From contig FLMG01002243.1 in the NCBI GenBank assembly GCA_900088475.1, positions 1 through 52,434 on the forward strand: a stretch of 52,434 bases of DNA, in the 5' to 3' direction. Shown in pieces: positions 10,639-22,305 of the stretch. The translations under genes were made by a program, and so were the position numbers. Numbering within the stretch: position 1 is the first letter of the stretch; each line of letters opens with the position of its first letter. The notes under the pieces were generated by a model, which worked only from the letters and a program-made list of their open reading frames with translations, did no database searches and had not been told where the DNA came from. This stretch comes from Hyphochytrium catenoides. Taxonomy: Eukaryota; Protista; Hyphochytriomycota.

Positions 10639-12322
10639 CTATGTGGCAAACAGCTTTTTGTACTGTTCTGCCATCTTCACCAGAAAGATTCCAAGGCGGT
10701 AGCCTCCAAGCTTGATCTGCGCCCTGGCCACCCGCTGCGCTCGCTCAAAGTACTGCTCAGAAGGACAAGGAACATGTCCACCCTCATCCTCAGGCTCCAA
10801 GGTAATATTAGTGTACACGGCAGTCTTTGCCAGCGCCCGGCTCTCATTGACAATCTTCTCGAAAAGCTTCTTGTGCTTCACCGCCTTCAGCACTTCTTCG
10901 TAGTCCATGGTAAGTAGGGATATAAACTTGAGCTTGTCATCAATGTCTACTGCCTCTATAATGTTAGAGGCGTTCTTCTGTATGTCTTGGAGCAGCTCCT
11001 CCAGTCCATGATGAGGAGGCCGCCAACTTTCCAGGTAAAGGCCCCCTGCGGAGTCGAAGAGTGCGTGGAGGTTTTCTACTTCTCTTCTGCTGTNNNNNNN
11101 NNNNNNNNNNNNNNNNNNNNNNNNNNCAGGGTAAGCATTTCTCGGCAACGAAGAAAGTCCAAAGAGAGACCGGTCAAGGCAGAAGAGTGATCGAGCGTCA
11201 CAAAAGGAAAGACAGGGCCATGTCTACGCGGAAGAAAGATGACGAACTTCCACGATGAAGTGGTTTTTGAAGGAAGGGTCCAGTGCATGTAAGAAACGAA
11301 GATGTGCAGGCTATCAGTGGCGGGGAAGGAAACGCAGAGTGATTTGGGTCAAGCTTCTGGCTCTAACCTATGCAGTGGTTGATGGATATCGCCCATAATG
11401 TGCACAAATAAGCGGAGCTGCAGGTTCCAAGTCCACTTGGACTTGCTTGTCTCCAGGCTAGTTACTATCTCCTCCAATACCTACGCAGACAAAGATGCGA
11501 GGGAAGGAAAGCGCCATAGGGAGAGAGAGAGACAGAGTAAGGGATCAAACCGAAGCTTTGGCTCGTCTTTGCTTATGAGAGCTTCCTTTTCATCTGGCGC
11601 ACCTTGGCAGCTTGACAAGTGTGGCTGAAGGGTCGTCGCTTTTCTACAGGGATCTGTTCAGGATCAAAGCCATCAAGCGCGAGAGGAACGTCCACGAAAT
11701 GCCAAGAAGTGAATAAGGATAGGGACGGTGACAAAGAAGAGCGGCAATAGGATGAGTGCTTTGTGCACTTGATCAGATCCGGCCATATGCTGCTGCTTGT
11801 GATAGTCCCAGTACCAGGGAACTCCTCGTCCCACAGACCCAATAGGTCATTGAGGACGTTGATCCTGGAATCTTCTTGACCCGTACCACCTACAACATCG
11901 CCTTCCTGTCCTGTTTGATCCCATAACAGCGCTCCTAAGGAGCGACCGGTAGTACTAAGCCAGAGCAGCGGGTACGGAACGTACACGGAGCTAACGAAGG
12001 TGCCGATAATCTCCTCTTGCGAACCGCTCTCTTCTTCCTTGGTCTCACCACCACTTATCCCTCGAAGCCGTGTGTCCCGTGGAGTAGATTGTATCGCAGA
12101 GAGAGGAGGGTCAAGCAGGGAGAAAGAAGGTGACGAATACAGGGCTTGGGGGGATGTCTCGGCGCTAGCTGGGACTTTAGGCCAATAGGTAGGAGCGAGT
12201 TGCACTGCCACTTCTGCTGTTAGCATATGCCCACTGTCCCACCAGGCATCGGAATAGTCCACTCTCGCCAGCAAGGCAACGCAAACAAAAAACGTCAAGC
12301 CCCATCTCGCTCTGCTCAACAT
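10639..12322 (-). CDS. Secreted S1/P1 nuclease (zinc-dependent 3'-nucleotidase/nuclease family); an internal exon probably lies in the gap at 11094-11126
   Basis: Signal peptide then WWDSGHMLTAEVA (zinc-binding N-terminal Trp), SSIWPDLIKC and SWHFVD. An exon near 11368-11480 encodes LRLFVHIMGDIHQPLH. Last exon has NLHALFDS and AQIKLGGYRLG. The GDxGGN motif is not visible. Confidence 0.93.
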
Positions 12323-14110
12323 ATTGAAGAGTACGGCTATCTGCTGCGCCGACTAGACCCGATAGCCCTGTTGGGAGTCTCTGCTCCTCCACTGCCCCCG
12401 GCCCAGCACTGAAGACCCTTAGTAAGATACCCTTAACAACTCTGGCGCCCCTGCGGAACTTGGAAGAACTTCCCTGGTGCAGTGTCCTTTGCGGATTAGT
12501 CGATCTCAACTCGCATCTTTCATCGCGGCTCCAGGCATATGGAGATCTGCAGCTCTGAGGGAGGAAGAAGTGAGCTCAACTCCCCACTTCAAGTAGCTAG
12601 ATCACCTGAAAGAATCAAAGCACAAAGTAATCAGATAGTGGTAATTCCTAGTATAGACGCTGAAGGGATTTTGAATTTTTATTGTAAAAGATCGGGGCTT
12701 TAGGATAGCAGGATCTCATGGCAAGTCAGAGCTCGGAAATCTCCAAATATTTCTCTCAGAAAATTTCTCTACATTTCTCTGCATTGTTAGCGAATCCAAT
12801 GGCAACACTGCCCTGGTAAACATAGTTCTGAGGAATCATAGTTCTACAGACCAATAACGGACCCTTTCCAATGTCTTTCGTGTCTCATGGTTCGTACCTG
12901 TAACTACTGAAGGTTGTTCTCATTGTACTGGACCAACACCAAGGTGCGCCCCGCCGTTAATAAATGGGAAGGGACGAGCTTAGGCGTATATCTCGAGGGC
13001 AATGTAGGATTGCTTGGGCTCTCCGGCCGCTGTTGAAAAGCAGCGGAACAGGAGCAGGTTTGTTTTGGCGCATGGCTGGCTTATAGCCATGACGGTCATT
13101 CGGATTCGTGCTTCAACTAAAGAAGGAATGCGTCTTCCTCCAGTTAGTGAGTGCATCGCTCGATTAGCAATTAGCACTATTCTCTTTGGAATGGATACAG
13201 GGCAGTGAGTCTACAGACTACTAAGTCTTGACTTAGTTTTTATAGAGTTGGACGCACCATGGCGCTCTACCCGAATAGCAAATTGATGATAAATAGGTAT
13301 TGACTAGTTTCTCAACCATCAGATAGTGACTTGGTCCGAGCACTTTCTCTTTCCTTATACTTGGGCAACGCATTGCTGTGCCAAGAGTGCCCAAAGAAGC
13401 TTTGAAACGGTAGGGTATTCTATACCGACCGATGAGGAGAAGAAGCAACGGCGATGGTAGACGTGCTAGCGGCTGATGCTTTCAGTTAACGTTCTGACTT
13501 TATCACTTAATTAACATAACGGGAACTCGCTTGTCTTCTAAAAGCTCCACCACATCCTCTTCGTCCCCCAAATCTATTAAAGGATGGTAGAGGTACAGTT
13601 GAAGTCAAAGGTCTCCGCTGGAGAGGCGACAAGCTTTCTAAGGGAATAGAAGAGCATCAAACTCCATTGAGTATTTTCATCATACTTTTAGTGTTATCAA
13701 TGGCGTCACTTTTTCGGCGCTTTCAAGTAAGACAGCGAGCCTTTTCAGCATCCATCCCCAACTACGGAAGTGCCTGAGGTTATCGCGCCTGCTCTCAGTC
13801 AAGGGCTCCTGGCGTTAGTTTAGTTTGTGAGATAGGACAGCGGAAGTTGGCGGAGATCGATAGTTCTCTACGACGATGAACCCCTGTATAATGTGTCAAA
13901 CAACAATCTGCATTTAGCTGGGCCTTTAGATCTACAATGAATGGCGCCTTAGGGGAAAAGAACGCTTAACTGAGGTATGTATATCCCGGATCCAGAGGCT
14001 GATATTCCCTCTCCTAGAGCGTAACAGAGAGGAAGCCTAGGTTGACGATGCAAGACTGGGCACGAAAGGAAGTCAACAAACTGCTAGAAACTTGTTCCCG
14101 TAAGGTCTTT

Positions 14111-16094
14111 CTATGACTTAAAGTTCTGCGCCTCCTTGAGATAGTCCCGGTTCCGCTTCAAAATCGTGTTCATGTCCTTGAGGTACAAGTAGGAGTTTGC
14201 CGAATCAGCGTTTGCGGAATAAAGCATGATTCCTCCGTACTGCTTATTCTGCACAGCCGCGTACCAGCTGTTTACGATTGAGAAGTCACCGCTGTCTTTG
14301 CCTTTCTCACTCTGGGCCGGTCCAGGTCCGTATGCACAGCCACTGCCAGCGCAAACACTGAGAATCATCTTGTCTGCGCCTTTTATCTTACCAGCGAAAG
14401 CGGGAAAAGTGGTAGAGAGGGCATTGGCATACTTCTCCCGCGCCCTGGTAGAGTTGTCGTCCAGATTATACCACATAAAGTTAATCCAGTCCGCATAATC
14501 CTCTACACCAGGGACATGGCAGCGGCCAAACTCAGAAGCGCACTGAGGCTCAGGGTCTGCTTCGGTTGCAAAAGAGTCAAAGGACAGATAGTACTTATCC
14601 TTTGGAAAAGTAGCTCTAAACTGCTTCATATAGGCCAGTACGTTGTTAGGCTTCCAATCCTTGCTGGTTGTCTCATCATCCACATCCAAGCCATCCATCC
14701 CGTACTTGTCCACAATTGTCTTCAAGTTGTTCGCCAGTGCAGCCGGGTCTGTCACTTGGAAGACATGATCCTTCTCCACATTTGTTGCTCCACCAACAGA
14801 CGCCATAACGGTGATGCAGCGCTGTTGCCAGGTCCTGACGCAGTTCTGCAAGGTAGCGCTATTTCCCTGGAAAGTGTTGACAACTTTGTTGTTGTCAATC
14901 ACCAAAAATCCAACCACAATAACGTCCACCCAGATAGGGATCTATGATTCAAGAGAGGTATTAGGACCCAGAATGGGACGGAAAAGTTTCAACCAATGAA
15001 ACAGCGCACGAATGACAGACTCAATAGTTTGGGAAGAGATGAGTGGGCATGTCAAAGATCAACGACAGCCAGAATCTAGGGCCATCAAGATGCGTGAAGC
15101 CCTCACCTTCTCACAACCTTCTGACTGCGATTCCCAGAACACAACGACCTTCTCCCTAGGAAGTGGAGGACACGTTTGGCATTGATTGTCCACATTTAAG
15201 TAACTGCCTTTCTTGCATGTCTGCATGCCCCAACAAGGCTCTTTAGTGGTAATAGATGAGAGGAAGAAGGAGGCACTATGACGAGAATAGTAGAAGAGGA
15301 CGAGAAAGGAGGCAGGAGGCCATCTAAAGGAGGAAAATTAAGCGGATTCAAACTTTTGAGGGAAGGAATGAGCCAAGAAGAGGCAGGAGGACAACCCAGA
15401 AGAATTGTTCCCTGCTCTACGTACCGGTACTGTGCACTTGCCATTGATATTGTTGAGCCCCGGCGGGCAAGAGCCATCTGGCTTCGGAGTGGTTGGAGGT
15501 GGAGGCGTAACTTTGGGTCCGCTCTCTACAGCTTCAGAGTCCCCATTGCTTCCAGAACTGGGTGTAGTGTATCTGTACAGCTCTATTCCTCCGTAGACGA
15601 TCCCGGCCATGATCATTCCTGCCATGAGCAAACAAAGAAAAGCGAGACATGGCGAACTGTCAGCGTCAGAGAGGGAAGGGAAAAAGCCCCTATGGGATTT
15701 AGAAGCTGGAGAACTCCACTCCAGGAACCGCTATAATAAAGGGACGTATAACGTGCAACCCACGGCGAGAGGTAGAGGACAGACAAGAGTCGTCGTAAGA
15801 CAGTCTTTTCAGAGAGTTCAGGAGGCTAAATAGTAACAGCAAGTGCCATGAGGCAAAGTAGTCACCTGCAATGACTATGGGCCACCATTGACAGCGTCTA
15901 CGCGGTGGAGGAGGCAAGGGCTTCGCTTCAGGAATTCCTGGGTACGCCCCAATAGCGTTTGCGTCTGTGATAGTTGGATCCATGTGTTGCGGAGTCGCGT
16001 AGTTTCCTTCATAATTTCCACCATACGCAGGCGTGGCTTGTATCCCTTCTTCGACTCGGTGAATAGGGCCAGCATGATGCAGAGGCTGGGCCAT
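14111..16094 (-). CDS. GH18 glycoside hydrolase (chitinase / endo-beta-N-acetylglucosaminidase-like), type II membrane-anchored (4 predicted exons)
   Basis: Exon 1 MAQPLHH...RRRCQWWPIVIA joins exon 2 GMIMAGIVYGGIELY (transmembrane segment), then a Pro/Thr linker and Cys-rich segment. Catalytic exon has ASVGG, YGMDGLDVDDE (intact DxxDxDxE at 14672-14695), WINFMWY and YGGIMLYS. Confidence 0.88.
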
Positions 16095-17399
16095 TTTTTC
16101 GTCGCGCTCTGTGGATCGCTTCTTCTAATAGCGTGTCGCCTTGCTTAACAGGAAAGACTATTGCTGCCTTAGCACGCAGATCCGTTTGATGAAAGTGTCA
16201 CGCTTCCAGCAAGTTTGGTCTGGAAGGGTGATCTTTCAGTCGCTTAAGCCACGCGCTATAATGAGCCACGCTCTCTAATGAGGATATGATCAAGAGAAGC
16301 AGAACCCGAGAAGAAGAAGACCAGCAAAGAATATTTCCTAGATCAGTCTAAAAAAGTAGGACAGGCGCCTTGAATGAGCTCCTTCGCTGTCCTAGGCACC
16401 ATCCTCATCTGAAGCAAAAGAAGGTCGAGAGAGAGATGAGGCAGCACCAACGCCAAAGCAGCTCCCATCTGAACCTGAAAACGAGAGGGAGAAAGAGCGA
16501 GAGAAGTCNNNNNNNNNNNNNNNNNNNNNNNNNNAGAGAGAGAGAGAGAGGGATCGTATGTCGGAAGCGCAATGGACAGACAACCCACTGAGGAGTTGAA
16601 GGAAGAGGTGAGAGAGTAGGAAGAGACACAGAGGAAGAGGAGGCATGATGGCTCTCTAGCCTTGAACTCTGCTAAACATTGTGGGCACGGTGGGACATAG
16701 GGCCGGGGCGGTCAATCCTTAGGTTAAAAGTCACCGCATTCACATTTGTAGATAGTTCAGGGCGGAGTACGCCTCGGTTCGCTTGAATTCCCCATGTTGG
16801 TATCAGATTAATCAGAGCTTGGAGAACCAAAAAAATACAAGGATGGCTCGAGACAGAGCCCTCGAGATGGCAGGTAGGCTATCGGAGTTATAGTAGCTGC
16901 CAAGACAGAGTGAGAGGGAGAGAGAGTTAGGGTCAAGAGAACGAGATATGGCCCATGTAAAAAGCGGTTAAAAGAAAAGGGGCTCCTGTCAAGAACAAAG
17001 CATCCAACCCTCCGCACGAGTACGTAACATTACTGTTCTAAAGCGCTAGGTAAGCGTTATCAGTTGTACCAAGCTACAATATTGGCCTGCCAAAACGTAC
17101 AGCCCTTGAATATGACGATCTGATGCGCATCCATTTTTGCTCATTGGCTCCCAGAGATAAACAAATAATCCAAAAAAAACATGGACGAAATCGTTGGCTT
17201 CACTTCCACTGTCCTGTCCTGATAGAGCCAGAGTGGAGGTTTGGACAGCCTTATCAGGGACAGTACACTAAGTTGAAGACAGCTGATTGGTTGATAGATC
17301 TGTGTTGGAGTTCAGAAAAGACAGCTTCTGACCAATCATTTGCGTTTATTTATTATGGATCTATTCACAGATATAATTCAAAGGGGTGAACAAATGTAC

Positions 17400-17860
17400 C
17401 GTCTAATAACCGTGTAACGACTCGCGGTGTTGTGCCATCATAAACTGCGGAGTCCTGAGGAGAAACCTCTAACAAACCTCAGCAACAACGAAAGGAGGCA
17501 GTTGCTTCAGCAGTACAACTCGTAGGAAAGAGCAGCGGAAGAGGAGCAGCAAGCTACAAGCTGGATCATCGATAGTGGTGCAACAGATCATGTCAGCGGC
17601 GACTGGAAGCTTTAGTTAGAGTACTAGCTGCACGAGGATAATACTACTGATACCAGCAAGCTGCATTTCCTGCTGCTGCTTCTTGACTTTGTAGACTTGT
17701 AGGTTAGGAGGAGTAACGAACTAGATGGGCATACAATCGTCATGTGAGGTGCACTTCAGAAGGCAAACGTATCAATAGGACAGGCTGCTGGTGGATGATG
17801 GTGGTGGTAGGACTGCACGAGAAGTTTAAGTCGGTCGTTATCGTCAAAGAAGGATTACAT
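17400..17860 (+). mobile_element. Decayed Ty1/copia LTR-retrotransposon remnant (aspartic protease region)
   Basis: From 17562 the frame reads WIIDSGATDHVSGD, the copia protease active-site motif, and continues to an NVSIGQ (NLLSVGQ-like) motif. It is interrupted by in-frame stops at 17523, 17613, 17625, 17700 and 17745. No LTR, integrase or RT recognised; boundaries approximate. Confidence 0.75.
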
Positions 17861-19685
17861 TGTGACGCCTCTTCTCCTCCTCCCCAGCTCCATGTTATAC
17901 ATTCGTGTTGAACTGTTGTCCTTTATCCTCTGTCGAGAAACGGTGGTGATTGTAGTCCTGCTTGTCTAGGTCCTCTCGTAAGGACAAACCTATCAAGATA
18001 TCAATACATACTCGAAGCCATCAGGCAGTAGCCAGCGGCGACTGAAGAGATCGGGTAACTGATAATGACTCACACCAACTTCCTGTCCTTTCCAATAATA
18101 GTAACGATCATTTAAAGAGCTTCTCTAGCTAGCTGAACGCCAAAGACGCCAACAAGTTATTCACATTATCATCGTCACCATCTGTAACCCAAAGAAGACT
18201 TTCAACCACACCATCAACAACAATCTCAGCTGTCAGCTCCCTGTTATCCAGCGACTTCTTCGTCTAGCAACATGCGTCGAAGCGGTAGTTATCTTGGAAA
18301 TTTGACTTGCATCTCGGATCTAAAGACCGTTGACCTACAATACGGGAAACGACCGTGGTGCGATGGTCAGTAGCTACTGCTCTCTTTCTTTTACGTAAAT
18401 GATGACTACAAGGAACATATGACAGACAACGTACTTGCAAGAAAAAAAAAGAAAAGTTACCGCCCTCAAGTGTAAAGAAGAGGAAAGGCGGAAGGATACA
18501 ATGTATAGTCGGGAGCAGTCCGTCGAAGAACGCCAACAAAGAAACACCTTCATTCTGTCTAGAGGAAGGCCCATCTACACGCTTGTTGGTCTTCTCTTCT
18601 TCTTCACAGTCTTTGATACACCGTCACCATCCCATCATATTTCTTGTGAGAGCAATCATTTCGGCTTACTGATGCTGAAGCAGGTACAGCAGTAGTTAGA
18701 TCAACGGCTCCTCCCTGTTAGCAGCCTTCCTCCCTTCCTCCTCCTGACCCCGAGAGAATAACCTCTTCAGCCTTCCATTACCTACGTCTGCACTACTTAC
18801 TACCTACATTTGCAGGGAGCCTGCTACTGCTTCTTCCTGCCCGTCACCCCTTAATGCGGACAATGTCCCGAGCCTCTCTACCCCATTAGTCTATCATCAG
18901 AGAAGCTCTACTTCGCCCTCCTCGTTCGCCATTATTAACAATTGCTACTACTTCTTCCTCTTCTTCGATGACGGAAGAAAGTTCAGGAAGGAAGAAGAGC
19001 GAGCCATCATACAACCGTATCTTTTATGCTGGAATGAGAACGAAGAAGGCGTGCACCTCTTGGGTCCCAAGCAGCGGTATATTTTTCAAAGGTAGTGCCC
19101 CCACCAGCAGCAGCAGCAGCGGCAGCAGCAGCACTCTCCACATTGAGCATTCATCATCATCAACAACGCACCCGGAGGAGGAGCCCTCATACCATCATCA
19201 TACCACGCTGGCTACCGCTAACGGCGAACGCTACTACAGCATCGAGGAAGAGCAAAGAGCTTGTGAAGATTGTGAAGATTGTTGCTCTGGGTCTTAGAGT
19301 CTCCATGTGCGTCAAGCAAGAGAGGAAGCGCATCGTCAGCTCAGATCATCATCAGCATCGGCTTGGGATGAGCCATAAGAGCAAGTCGTAAGCCATAGGC
19401 GGCAACAGGGTTCTCACCTTAGAGATAGACTCTCGTCAATAAGAAGCAGCATTGCGCTCTTGCATTAGTGCGGTACGGGTCTGTCAGTTGATAAGAGGCG
19501 GCTTTAGAGCCACAGAGCTGAACTTCTCTACTCTCTGCCAGCCCTTGCCCATCTGCTGATTGATGCCCTCTAAAAGTGGCACTAGTATGGGCAGGATAGC
19601 TCTCAGAGAGCGGCAGTGAGGCCTGCTCCAACGCGCCATTTGGATCCGCTGTACTTGTACCAGCAGAGAAACCAGCACTTTCAAC

Positions 19686-22305
19686 ATGTCGAGCACAGCG
19701 TTGGTGCCCTTGAGCACCGATCTGCTCAAGATCGATGAACTCCAAAATGTGGACATGTCCCACGTATGACTCTATCCTACACTGCTTCTCCAATCACTTG
19801 CTCCTAGGGTCGCTGCTTCGTCTATCAAGGAGACCACGACAGCGCGTGCTTTGTATATAAGCACCGACTAGACTTGTTCCTCTTTCTTCCTCTGCCAAGT
19901 CTTGCACGACACTTCGCTCTGTTCTTATACCTCGGGCTGCCCAACCTTTCCTACGCGTAGCACGGATTTTTGAGGGCTTGCCCTTCTACTCATTCTTCTA
20001 CCTACTTCGTGCTCTCCACGTTTACTTCCCGGGGTCCCAGACCTTCTCCATCAACAGGACTAAGTCTTCTAACTCTGTCTTGTTTCTCTCGCTGTGTGCT
20101 TCGTAACTGATGCGACAGATTGGCTCCATTCCAGTGCGGAAGACGCTGCTGGTACTGAACAACTTCATAGTAAACACCAGCAGATTTCTCAATCACTTCT
20201 CGGAGGTGTGCGAGCACAAGCTAGAGAGCATCTCCCATCACATCACTAGAGTAGAGATTGCCATAGGACTATTAGAGGCGAAGCTGGAGTCCATACCAGA
20301 CACACTTGGGGACACAGCTCCTGGATCCGCAGCCTCCCCACCTCCTCCTTCTGAGGCTCCTCCAGCTACTGGAGCCTCGGGAGAAGGTGAAGCTCCAGGT
20401 GGGCACATTACCTTGCTCTTTGTTAAAAGGCTGGCTGACGGTAGCATTTCTATATCGGTGAAAATCCTCCAGCGCCGCCACCTCCGCCTCCACCTCAGGG
20501 GTCTCCTCCTATCCCTCCAGTGGCTGAGGCGCCTGCAGTTCCCGTGGCTCCATCAGGTAAGAGACAAGTGCTTTCTCTTTTCGTGGTGACGAGGGACTTC
20601 TTGGGGCGTTGAAGAGACATCTGAAATCCGTGTTGGCGCACCTCATATAGCTCTGGGAGCTAGCTACATCCTAATTTCTTTAGTGCCTGTTCTGTCCCTT
20701 GACTGGCGGCACCATGAAATTTGTTTTAGTTCTCCTTCGCAGAAGTAGCGTCAAGCAATCGTTCTTCTTCTCTACTCGGTTACTCCTCACTCATACCTTC
20801 CTTTCTTTCGTTCACAGGTCCTCCTATTAGTGAACATCCAGATTATGCTAAATATTTCAAGTTGAAGAGGATGGGAATGCCAGAGGAACAGATCAAGCTT
20901 AAGATGCGGTCAGAGGGTGCAAACCCCGACCTCCTAGACACTCCGGGTAAGGTTGGCTCTCTTTGATGCGGCTGTCCTCTTGATGCAGATGCCCTGGGTT
21001 ATGGCTTGCAGTGTAGGGGACATATAACGCACCGTGATGCGAGATCTGTCTTTGTCCTAGGCACACATCCATTCTGATCCCCTGCTAGTTCCTAGGGGTC
21101 TCCTTAGCTCATGTACATCAAAGTGACTCTATCTGTTACCGGCGAGGATTGGCACATACATTCAAGGCATCTTAGCTCTTTTACCTTCTCCCTACTTCTT
21201 GCCGTTTTCCATGCAGATGCCCCTGCCTCCTTAGCAGACGGAGGATTGCCCACAGAAACGGCTGTAGTTCCCGTTCCACCTTCTCTTCCTCCCGCCCCTA
21301 CCGAGGGTGATGGGCAGCTCGTCGTCATACCAGAGGCTGCTCTTCCCCCTCCACCTCCGCCACCTGCTCCATCTCTTCCCCCGTCAATACTGCCGGAGGA
21401 AACATCAGTGCCACAAGTGCCACCACCTCCTCCCCCTCCTCCTCTTACTAATGAGGAGACCACCACTCTCCCTCCTCCACCACCTCCACCTGTACTTCCT
21501 CCAGCTCCAAGCCCCTCGCCAGCGACACAACCTAGTGGAGAAGAGGATCAGGAAGAGAGTCCTGAAGTTAGACAAGAGGATGAAGGTACATATGCTTTCT
21601 TTTCTATGAAATCTGCCACGTTACATCTTTCTTTTAGCCTTCAAACGTTTGATCGTACTGCACCTCTTTACTGACTTCTCTTATCTCTTCGCTCGTCATT
21701 TACAGTTGCCGAGGTTCATGAAGAGGGAAGTGGAGGATCCTTTCTAGCGGTAAAAGACGATCCAGCGTTTGAGAAGTAAGTATCAACAAAGCCACGGTTG
21801 GGGCAAGGATGAAGACGAAATGAAGGGGGTTGCTCCTGATTATGCAGCGGTATTGACGAAGATAGCGGAGTGAAGGAGCCATGTTTGGAGGTGTCACGGA
21901 CAGAAATGTCCACGTGCGGGTTGTAAATATCTGTTCTTGTCCCATTTAGGTTCTTCAAGATGCGACGGTTAGGCCTTCCGGACGGAGCTATTCGACAAAA
22001 GATGATGATGGAAGGAGTAGACCCAGCTATTCTTGAGTAAGTTGGATGGTCTATGACGCGGAAAGGTTCCATCATGCCGGAACGCTTGCTCTCTGAGTAC
22101 AATCTCTCTTCGCCATATCGCCTCCTCCCTTTGTTGTTGCCTGAATAACTCCAAACAGTCATCCATGTCCCACATGGTCCCCAGCCCCCTTGATTTTCCG
22201 TATCTTGGTTCGCCCTCATTACACTGCGTGACTAATATCTTTGCTCTGCATCATCCTTCTTCTAGCATGGACCCGGACTCGCCGTCTCCCAACCAGCCAT
22301 CATAA
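19686..22305 (+). CDS. WASHC3: WASH complex subunit 3 (CCDC53), 8 predicted exons
   Basis: MSSTALVP...NVDMSH spliced to IGSIPVRKTLLVLNNFIVNTSRFLNHFSEVCEHKL...IGLLEAKLESIP, the CCDC53 core. Followed by Pro-rich linkers and C-terminal HPDYAKYFKLKRMGMP...KLKMRSEGANPDLLD-type motifs. Ends MDPDSPSPNQPS*. Confidence 0.92.

Noticed and set aside
11094-11126. Nuclease pseudogene because the GDxGGN motif is missing
   Set aside because: The motif would fall at the assembly gap; the other visible catalytic motifs are intact.
9870-19400. Reassignment of TAG to Gln (alternative genetic code)
   Set aside because: No conserved exon contains an in-frame TAG, and TAG terminates most genes at the expected C-termini.
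19419-19793. Minus-strand ORFs of 90-124 aa
   Set aside because: They overlap antisense to WASHC3 exon 1 and its upstream region, with no recognisable motifs.
20399-20472. Apparent non-canonical (CG) 3' splice site in WASHC3
   Set aside because: A canonical in-frame CAG acceptor exists at 20470-20472.
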